A stretch of DNA of 40,928 nucleotides from Klebsormidium nitens. Its lineage: Eukaryota; Plantae; Klebsormidiophyceae. Made by a program: the position numbers and the translations under genes. Where the stretch lies: positions 6,138-47,065 of the forward strand of contig DF237624.1 of NCBI GenBank assembly GCA_000708835.1, written 5' to 3'. Below the pieces are notes generated by a model that did no database searches, was not told the DNA's origin, and saw only the letters and a program-made list of their open reading frames with translations. Below are positions 20,807 through 30,900 of this stretch, in pieces (position 1 is the stretch's first letter; each line of letters begins with the position of its first letter).

Positions 20807-23800
20807 ATGGCTAGAGGCCGGCCTCATGGCCGGTCCAAGTCCGATCACAGAGTCTGTCAGGAGGCTCGTTATGCACGAGCCGCTGAGTACAGGGAGAGAA
20901 TCGCCATCAGTGCTGAGCAGCAGGAGGCACGCATTGCTGCTGTGAATGCTAAGTGCAACATGGAGGATGCCCCTTGTAGGCAGCGGGGGCAGAAGTCGAG
21001 GGCGTCGAAGACCAAGGCAGAGGCGGCTCGGATGTTCACAGGGAGCCGTGCTTGCAAAGAGTCTGGCAGTGCAAGGAAGAAAGCAAAGAAGGGCCTCGAA
21101 CATTCGCTTGGCAAAGCTGCAGAAAGAGGTGAGTTCTGGTGCATGGCTTCTCTGATTGGTTTACCTTGTGAAGCCGAGGCAGAGCAGAAGCTTGAATGCT
21201 CTGTGCTGCAAGATAGAAAGGTGACTGGTGGGCTGGTGCAACATGTACGAAGAAGAGCATCTCGGTGTAGATGGCGAGAGAAATGAAGCTGGTACACTAC
21301 TTTGGGTAGTGCGGTCAGAATGGTGAAGGATGGCTGGCTCTGCAGTTAAGAACAGGGTTCTGAGGGGTTTTAGCGTGCATGGCCGTTTTTAGAATGTAAC
21401 AGACTTTGCCTCTTCCTCTTTGGAAAATGAGAGGCTAATTCTTGGTACAGGCTGTCTATCACAAAGTTGTAAGCAGTCTTAGCGGGCATGGCCGCCCCTG
21501 GGGTGTACCAAGCTTTGCCTCTTTCTCTAAGGGATATAAGAAGCTCATTCTTGGTACACGCTGGCACTTACACAAACCTCCAAACCTTCCACTGCCGAAG
21601 AAAGACTGCAAAAGGCTGGGGCATGCACCAAGTCTTGCATGCTTTTCACATCTACACTCCAGGTTCATCACCAAACCCCTGCGCTTCTTCATTGCAGACT
21701 TGCACAGTCTTCACTGCCAAGCGTGCGGCGCAACTGCAGAGTATGGGCTGAGGGGAAGCAAGGAGGGGGGCAGCGTCAAGTACACGTGCAGAGCGCACAC
21801 CACATTGAATGGTTGTTTTCGAGTCGACCGAGACCGCGCAGGTGCGAGCATTCGGGGAGCCTGCTCTTGACATGGTCTGCATGCAATGCAACGCTCATAG
21901 CTGCTCTCCCATTGGTTAGCAGTGGGCTTTTAGAAAAGACTGCCAAGAGATCTACAGCTCTGTATGCTTTGCAGGTTGGGCAGAGGACCAAGAGATGCGG
22001 CGCCTGAGAGCACAGGAGAGGAGATTGGAAGAGGAGCTGCGGCAACTCGGAGGGGCCTCGTTCACTGCAAAATCGACATCAGGTGGGCGTGTGGCGCGAT
22101 CTTTCCTCTCAATGGTGCTCTTGTTTTAACTGCATGGGGCAGTGAGTTCCCTTGCATGCCCTTGCCTCGTCATTGATTTCCTTGCTGTGTAGTGATATGT
22201 GATGCTTTTGTGATGGCTAATGAGTCCCTCCACTGTTCTTCTGCAGCTTGGAGTGAGTCGCAAAGTACGGGGGATGGGGCTTCAGTGCCCATGAGCAAGT
22301 CGCTCATAGGTAAGGCGCTTTGGTTGCGGTTCTGAAGCTGCAATCACTTGTACGGCTGTTGGGCTTGCTCTGTGTTTCAAGCGCTTGTAGCACTTGGACT
22401 AATCCTACTAGACGGTTCTAAAGACTTGCATGGTGGTCTTCGCTCGTGCCCTGATGAATCGAGCTGCTTCCAGCATTTAGCAATTTAACCTGTTGTTTTT
22501 CATGTGCAGCCACACTTCTCATGATTGGTGGTATTGAAGTTAACCCTGGACCTACTGCATACGAGGTGAGCCTGGAAAAGGTATTCTGCAGTTCAAGGAG
22601 GGACTGGTAAGCACTAGTTATACTCGAATAGCAGGAAGCTTCTTCTTGCTCAAAGTCCATGCCACTGAGAGAGCAGGCAATAGATGTTGTACCAATCATC
22701 AATGTCTCTTGACCACAGATTGCACAAAACAAAGAGAGCTGGCTAGGAGCTTATCCGGACATTGACAGAACGCTGCTGGATTACCTGGCACTGAAGAACA
22801 TCAGGTTGGCCAAGTGGAGAGAGTCCACATCCGAGCAGCGCTCCAGTCTTCTAGACCTGTGGGCACGCCGGTACACTGGGGAATGGTTAGGGGACTGGGA
22901 CATGTTCCTCATAGGGGTTCCGGGTAAGCAGCTCCCTCTTCTGAATCAGTAGGCTACCTTCGATGCAATCCGCTTGAGATCAGGACTAGAGGTTTCCATG
23001 AATTCAGAAACGAGGATTTGAGCTTTCCGGTGTTGCTGGTCAGCATGTAGCGGCGGGGAAGCTTGGAGAAGATGGCATGACATGGGCCTTCTGCTGATTG
23101 GCAGTGTTGACAGGTGACACAGTCGCTTCTTTGTCGATCTTGCCGAGGACACTGTTGCATGCTGGGCATGGAGTGTTTCCTAGCAAAAGCGGAGTTGCTC
23201 TGGAGCAGAAAGTGGCCTGCTGTGCAATTGTTGGCAGACCAGGTGCAACTCATGAGCAGTAGGGTGCTTGTCAGCCACCCCCCTCGTGCAATCTGCCAAA
23301 GGCTGGTTCTTCACTTGGCTTGCTGTCTTCGAAGCTCATCCACACGAGACCCGGATCTGCTTATCCTTCTGCTACAGCAGTTGCAAAGAGGGGTCAGGAT
23401 GTAGGAGCGGGCCCATCTGCCGATGTGGAGATGAAGGATGTCAATCCAGGGAACCAAGTTGGTAAGAGCCACTGTTCGGTCTGTATGGTGCAAGGCCTCT
23501 TTTACAAATTGCTTCTGGCAGCTTGTGCTTGCCTCAGTGTGCTGACAATCTCATGTAGTCACTCGAAAGGAGAACGCATTGCTTCTGTATGCAGTACATA
23601 GAGCGCCCCAGCGCAAGGCAACTCCTGACTGCCAGTTTGTGCTTGCAGGCAGGAGTTATGACACGTTTGTTGCCGCACTTGGCGCAAACAGCGAGGGGAT
23701 CAACAAAAGAAGAGCAAAGGGGGGCATCTTCACCCCTCGAATAGAGACAGTCCACAAGATCTTGTCGCGCTTGCAAGAAACGCTGGTGTTGCTTCTGGCA

Positions 23801-26397
23801 GCAACTCCGTGCTCGGGGAAGACGTCCATCTGTCAGCTCGTGTACGAGGAGGCAAGGAAGAGCCGGGTTTATGAGTCTGAGGATGTCATATACGTCAATT
23901 GCGCCGAGGTAGGAAGTGGGGGAAAGTCGTTTGAGGATGTGTTCTTGGAACAAGCCAGAGTTCCCTTCAACGAGGCCTCAAAGTCGCCCCCGAGCAGTCC
24001 TGAGAAGCAGCTGCAACGGTCGGCAGGCGATGCGAGTGGCTCCCAGGCTCCGCTATCCAGGAAGAAGCTCATTATTCTGGATGAAGTGCAGACAACGTAC
24101 GACACAAATGCGCCGGGGCACTCTCTCCTGTGGCCGCTGCTCAAGCGCTTGCTGGCTAGCAAGCAAGGCGACGTTAACTTCCTTCTGTCAGCATCCAGGG
24201 GCTCCAACCCCGCTGCTGAAGGTCTGCTGAGCACCCCCTGGGGGTTCTCTGATGATCAGCGTGTCCCTCTCAGGTGAGGCCTCCCCTGGACAAGCAATGG
24301 CTCGTGCCCTCCAGAATGCCCTCCCGTTTTACTTTCTTAGCAAAGATGCCGTCATACTGGAAAGGGTCTGGCTCTTTTGAAATTGACAAGCGGATAGATC
24401 TCAACTCTGGAAACAGCACAGCTGATTGTGCCATGCAGGGTACATTTTCACACGTCCCTCCTCATTGCAGGCCCCGCCCCGATCACCCAATGGTGGCAGG
24501 CAGCAACATCCCAGAGCCAGCGTTGCAGTTCACAATGGACGAATTCCAGCAGCTGTTTGACTCTTTCCGGAAAAGCATCGGGTTTGGTGGGGAACAGCAA
24601 CCGCTTCAAACGCTGTATGACATCATTGAGGCGACCACGGAGCGGCACCCTGGAAGCGTCCTCCACATCCTGGATGTTCTCAAGGGTCGCTCTCCATCCA
24701 ATTACGCTGGCCGCGCAGCTGAGTGGGCAGCCAAGGAAGTGGAGTTTGTGATATCTCCAAGACTGCTCGAGACTCTGTCTGGTACAAGGTCATTTCCAAC
24801 GTAAGAAAACCAAGCTCTTCTCTCTCTTATCGCAACCGCATGGTGGCGAGTAACTAGCATTGCCTTTTGAGAGTCAGCAAACAGTCTGGCTTACTTGTTC
24901 TATGCTCCCGCGCTTGCTTGTTGTCCTCAATGCCCGGGGTGACGCGTTAAGACACCACAGGCCCACACAGGCTGGCAGTCCATTACGTTGCTTGTGGCTG
25001 ACTCCCATATGTCTCTGTTCAGAGTGAGCGAATTTTGGAAAGACAAGAGGGCGCTTGACCTCATCAGCAAGCTGGTAGCATCCGGAGGCAAGGTAGGTAG
25101 AGGCGTTGAACCTGATAACTCCTGTGGCCTTATATCCACATGCATCATGGTGGTTGTGCACAAGTAGCGCTGTCCCTTGTTGGATCGAAGCCTCTCAGTC
25201 ACAACGCGCCTGTGTTGCAGGAAAGTTTGGTGGCGATCCGGAACGAGGATTCGGACTGTGCCGATAAGGCTGAGGCGCTTGCCAAATCGGGGTACATGCT
25301 CATGGAGCAGAATGTCGTCTCGTTCACCAGCAGCCTGCACATGGAGTTTTACCGATACAACTTGGCGAGGCGGAAGTGGGGCACACCCAAGTACATGCCG
25401 GGCTCCATTGAGACCTTCCTGGCTGAGGCCCTCACGAAGATGCATCCTCCTGTGCTTCAACACAGTCTGAACCTGAGCACCCGGTGTGGTGTCCTGGGGG
25501 GTGTTCTGGAAGCACACTTCCAGTTCGAGCTGTACTCGTGAGTTTCCCTTATAACATGTCATTCGCATTTGAAGCGATTAGGCGATGCTGTCAGTCTTAA
25601 ATGGTTTTGATATTGTGCTAAGCAGACTTGACACCTTCAAACGTCTCCACCATGGCCCCAATGCATTAAGCGCCAGACAGGCGCACAGTTGAGGTAGTTT
25701 CGTCGGCTGTAGATACAAGCAGACTGTAACGTCCTCTTCTTGTTTGATACAGTGCCATCACCAGCCTCCTGCCAGAAGGTGACTACCTGTCACCAACTGT
25801 CGGCAAGATATATGGGCTGGAGGCCTATGTGGATTTTGTGCTGCATGGGTCTAGGAAGTGGGCGCTCGAGCTTTTGGTTGACGGGAGGGATCTGAGAGAG
25901 CACGAAAGAAGGTGCGCTCTGCAGTGCTGTGTCTTCCTCACATTACTAACGAAGTCTTAGAGGACCTGCCTAGCACGAGCAAGCACGATGACTACAGTTG
26001 TGTTTAGGCTAGCAAGACGAGATCGTAACGAGTGATTAGTTCTATGCAGCCTCACTAGCCACCAGCATCGAACACCTTGCTCCTTGATGTGCCCCATGAT
26101 TGAAAAGAGTCTCCGGATGAGGAGCACAACTTCAGCAGTGGCTTCGGCATCTTTCTTGCTCATTCACGTTTGCACTCCTGCAGGTTTGAGCCGAATGGTA
26201 GATACCACCCAATGGTATTGGGCAAGCAGATTGATGCCTGGATTGTGGTGGACCTGCGGAACCCAAAGACTGGCAAGCCGAGACGCGCGAGGGGGCCGGG
26301 AGTTTGCCACGTGTTCTTTGATCCAACTTACGAAAGAGCCACGATTGACTTCGGTAATGGTAACGAGCAGCATGTGATCCTTACAGGTCGGGCGTAG
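20807..26397 (+). CDS. Predicted 898-aa polyprotein: basic/EsV-1-7-like Zn module - 2A-like (GGIEVNPG/P) - CR header - CR NTPase - CR REase
   Basis: 13 GT-AG exons, all phase-compatible and stop-free: 20807-21128, 21698-21841, 21975-22082, 22247-22309, 22510-22565, 22719-22923, 23378-23461, 23649-24273, 24471-24800, 25023-25092, 25221-25537, 25753-25911, 26184-26397 (2697 nt). Motifs ATPCSGKTS, IILDEVQ, EAHFQFELYS, VDFVL..WALELLVDG..EHERRF. Confidence 0.8.
21380..21560 (-). repeat. Two degenerate family-A cassettes in intron 1 of the right module
   Basis: gtaccaag...cttggtac at 21505-21557 and a second copy ending ttcttggtac near 21450. They are in the same intron as the pair at 12740 and 12885 in the left paralog. 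Confidence 0.7.
22510..22565 (+). other. 56-nt micro-exon encoding the 2A-like core (A)TLLMIGGIEVNPG/PTAYE
   Basis: Direct translation. The G/P junction is at 22550/22551. Canonical 2A is D(V/I)ExNPG/P, and here G replaces D. Confidence 0.8.
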
Positions 26398-27036
26398 TTG
26401 CTCGTGAAGTTCGGTCGTTTGCCCAACACTCGAGCACACTTCTTCTCGACAATTGTGCCTTCTGCAGCGGAAAGAAGTCTTTTCGGTCGACCCTAATCCA
26501 CAATATATGAAATTCAGCGGACACAACTGCTTATCTTGAACCATTCAGCATTGGCTTGTTTTGATTGGCAACATGCAATTACAATGATGTTGCTCGGACT
26601 GATATTTGTGTGCAACATGTGTTGGTCGCTAGTCTACATTGCAAAGACGCCATGGCGCGCTCACCTCTTGTACTGGATCATAAAGTTCGAGTGATTTGGA
26701 TCATGCGCTACTTGCAAGAAGGATTGCATCTGAGCGCATCCTACATGATGCATTAGATCAGAAGCAAGTCATTGAAAGTGGACGAATTGCAAAAACAAAC
26801 GGCGCACTCATTTGTGCTTGAGGGCCGTTGGCTTGGAGAAAGGGTATCCAGGTCGCAAGATCCATGGACTCACTTTAAAGACGTCCGGTTTGCTGGAGGT
26901 GTGAATGTCTGGAAGCGATGTTAAGAGGGAACAGGAACAACTTCTAAGCCGATCTGTTGTCCTAGTAGTCACCTGCCCCTGCCATGATGATAGCCTCTGC
27001 TTGAGCCGTCCGGATCACACTTTGCATCCGTACCGC

Positions 27037-27057
27037 CTAACCAAGTGATTGTTGGCA
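27037..27057 (+). repeat. 21-bp direct repeat, copy 2
   Basis: Identical to 20078-20098. Confidence 0.9.
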
Positions 27058-27344
27058 AGCCCGCTAATCCCCGCGCGCCACGTGTACCCCCGGCCGAAAA
27101 ACCTGGCCCCCTGCCCGAACCGGCCAAGCTGCCCCTCGAACTGGCCTGGGTTAGAGACTTTCTGGGTTACCTTGAAGGGAAAGAAACCAGCCCCAAAAAT
27201 TTCAACGGACTCAGGAACTGCATCGGACCCGGAACAAGGCACTGATCACGTCCGTTTCGACCACGTGCCATGCCGGTCGAACCCTGAAGTTCCCGAAAAT
27301 CCAGGAGTCAGGCCAGAGAGACGGCCAACACTCACAACGTACTG

Positions 27345-27480
27345 CAACAGCTGACTTGGAGCTCGCTGAGACACCTGAGTCAGGCCTCCTTTCCAGAGAC
27401 ACAGCCAACGCTCAACCGCAACAGCTGAGTTGGAGCTCGCTCAGACGTCTGAGTCAGGTTTCTCTTCAGAGAGCTCTCGG
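27345..27480 (+). repeat. 74-bp tandem duplication
   Basis: caacagctga(c/g)ttggagctcgct(g/c)agac..ctgagtcagg starts at 27345 and 27419. Confidence 0.8.
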
Positions 27481-27583
27481 AATGGCTTCGGAATCGCTCA
27501 ACCGCTTCAGATCTGCTCGATGAAAGTCTGACTCAGGCCCCTCTCGCGAGAGGCAAACAATGGGGCTTAGGGCAGCTATGCTC

Positions 27584-27590
27584 TATATAA
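27584..27590 (+). promoter_or_regulatory. Candidate TATA box (TATATAA) upstream of the right primase-helicase gene
   Basis: Motif and position only, ~350 bp upstream of the candidate ATG at 27933. Confidence 0.25.
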
Positions 27591-27932
27591 GGAGGTCTCA
27601 TACCTCTTTTCAGATCAGTCCATGTCTTCCATCCTTCAGCCCTCCCTCCTCGCAACATCCCAGCAGCAACTTCTTCCGACCTGCATACACTGTTCTGCAG
27701 CGCCTTCTTCAGAGCAACACCAACAGCTTCCTTCAGACTGTAGGAGACCTTTACAGCATGCCTTTCCTGCTCTGAGCGGCCCTCTTCCTGCCTGCGACCT
27801 CCTGCACGCGAGCATCGATTTCTTGCCCAGTTAGGGAAGCCAGGAAGCTCCGAGGCAGTCTCAGCATCCGGGCGCAGCTGCCCAACGCAGCTTGCAACAG
27901 CACCAATACAGCTGCAACTGAAGACTGCTGGC

Positions 27933-30900
27933 ATGGCTTCTGACCTGCGATCCCACTGGGAAAAGTAAGCCGCTGTTCATGAGCTGAGTACGGCCTCAGT
28001 ATGCAAAGCCAGAAGGGTCTTCTTGATAAAATTTGATTGAGACTGGGACTGATCATGATGGAGTTGCACTGGAAGGGCTTTCCATATTTGATGTGCTTCG
28101 AATCATTCGAAGAAGACCTGTCCATGTTCTGTCGCTTCTTTATATGTGTCTCTGATGCAAAACCTGGACATGGCTGTCGTGGAGGTTTAGAGCAAGAGGT
28201 TTAGACGGTGCTGCTGAGATCACTGAGCCCTGTCCCCCAAAACCCAAAGGTTGACCTGCATCTCATTTGTTTTTCTCCAGTGATCCTTCCTCCTCTGAGG
28301 AATCGGAAGGAGAGGATATTGAAGGTGTCGAGTATGCGCCCCGCTCTGTTGGCGGCTCCCAGTCTGGACGCTCGCTGGAGGAGTTCCTTCAAGACGAAGA
28401 CTCTGCCAGCATCCAAGGCCCGTCCTTCTACAGGGCGTTCAGCAATGGGACAAGCCTCAGCCCAACTCAGCTGCCAAGGGGCGTCTCAACTTTGCTCAGC
28501 AAGGTAGAATTTGCTTCGGTGATTTTATCTGCTTCTGCTTCTGATTTTGCCGTGGTTCCGAAACAGCTTCTGTGATTGTACAACGACACCTTAGTTGACT
28601 GCCATCTAAATCTGTCGAGTGAAGCACCGTTGAGTAGGCTTGGGTCTGCTGCTTGAAATGCATAGGTTGCTCACCGGCATGTATGCCTTACAGGGTTACG
28701 TGCCCACCTCTCCATTTGCTTGGACTTCTGGTAGCGCCTTCGGAAAGCGGATATGCATAACCCCGCCAAGCAACTTCCAGGTGAGTTAAGAGGCTGATTC
28801 AAACTTGCGCAACTTGTGATTCAAACTTCGTGATACTGCACACGTTGATTGCAGTCGTTCTCCAATCGTTGCACCTGAGAAGATCCCATCAGCGTGGATC
28901 ATTTCTTATTCCAGGCTAGTAGTTGCTTAACAGGACGGGCCTTAGATGCTGCCTACAGTGACCTTTCCAGTATGCTGACAACCGCCTCAACACTAGATGA
29001 CGGTCTGTTGCACTTTGTAAAGGCTCTTGAGTCTGCTTCTAACTTCTTCCATCCTTTGGTCCACTTCTCCCTCATTTACTCACTGCCTTCTCCTCATGTA
29101 GGCGCCATCATCTCGTTGCATCCTGCAAAACGTTGGTGGCAAGAGGCTCGCAAGTGAAGCTTCAGCTGGCAAATGCAGTCCGAGTCCAACATCGAGAAGG
29201 AGAGGCCTCGCAAAGAAGCGTCGGCGCGTCATCCTCTCGCAAGACTCAGAAGAAGAGCGGCCGATGGCCCCCCTGCCTCTTGTAGAGGTGAGTCGTGCTT
29301 GCATACAAGTTTCGTCCAGGTTTTGCATGTATGAGATGCGAATTTTCAAACGACAAAACGTGGATATCAGCTGGAGTCCCTTTTCTGCAGCCAGCTCTGC
29401 TCGTATTCTGTGTTTTCTTGATGCAGAAGCTGGACAGGCTTTTAGAACTCAAATGTCGAGGCACGTCCCTAAGCTTGGAAACAAAAGAAGTGACGGTCCA
29501 GGTTCTGTCGTTTCTTTATACGTGTCTCTGATGCAAAACCTGGACGGCAAAAATCTTGAGGCCCCAGATCCTTCACTCTTGGAAGTTACGAAGTCGAGGC
29601 ACGGGCCTAAGCTTGGAAACAAAAGAAGTGACGGTCCAGGTTCTGTCGTTTCTTTGTACGTGTCTCTGATGCAAAACCTGGACAGCACAAAACTTCGAGG
29701 CCCTAAAGCAGTCGAATACCTTCGCTACGATGCAGAAAGCGAGCAGTGCCAACTGCTTAGCAATCAGATACCTTCAACGCCTTCCATCTCTTGACCTCGA
29801 TCAAGTTCTTTGAACCGGGTTGCAAAGCCAGCAATTCTGACGCACACTATATCGTCCTTCTGCAGGTAGAAATTGGTCAATCGGTTGATAGGGTGCCCGC
29901 AACTGATCGCAGCCAAGAGCATGGTTTTGGACAAGAGCAAGCTCAGGTACAGCGCCTGGCCATAAGGTCTGTTTAAGGTTAGCTGAAGGCAAGTTGGTAC
30001 AAGCTCGCAGCAGACTCGATTGCAGAGACGCACGTGTGAGCAGTCAAGTCAGGGACGAGAAACTCCGATTCAGACCTTCAAAGCATTACAGCACCTCGCA
30101 GCCGTTTGTGCAAGCTGATTCATACATTAAAAGAGCCGCTCACAGCTGAACGGCTTCCTCATGAGTGTCGTTTCAAATGCTTGCTTAAGTGAGCCGTTCC
30201 CTCCGTCAGCTTCCGAAGTGTTGTCTCCTTTTGGCAGCGTTGTTGCAATACTTCTGCTCGATTCACCTTGCAAAGACTAGAGGCTGCAAAGAATCAATCA
30301 TGTGATGCCCGTCTAGCAGAAGTAGCGTAAATTCCCAGCCCCTGTTGCAGATCCCTGGTCGTGTAGTCGTGCACACTGAGCACGATGGTGCGGTTCAGAC
30401 GGTGCAAGAAAACAAGCTGGGAACGGCCTTCTTCTTCAAGTTCAGTCGAGCAAAGCTCCACTACCAAGATCCGAAGAATGGGCCGCAGGGTTTCAGCAAG
30501 CGGCACGCTGCTCTCTGTGATCACACGGTGGAGTTGCATCTTCTCGACCATAAGGGCTATCGTAGCTACGGGTCATACCCAAACTGGCCGACCGCGCGGG
30601 ACTACACTCTGCAGCAGCCTTTCCTCGAGGAGGTGCTCGTCGAAGGGAGACCCTGCAAGCCGTTCCTAGATATGGAAAGCGATCAGGGGTTGCCTAAGGG
30701 GGAAACTCTTCGGAGCGTTATCAGCCAGTTTCAAGACGCCATCACGAAGATCTTTGCGGAGGACTACGCAGTCGAGATCCAAGAGCGGGATTTGAATCGG
30801 GTCCACTGCGACTATGGACCCGGCGGCAAGTTCAGCGTCCATCTCGTCATCTCAACGCACGGGCCGCGGCAATTGGTCTTCCGCTCCAATCTCGCCCCTA

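Noticed and set aside
23430-27310. Other NPG-containing strings (EMKDVNPGN at ~23440, EVPENPGV at ~27295) as 2A motifs
   Set aside because: They lack the ExNPGP spacing, the final Pro and the hydrophobic upstream helix.
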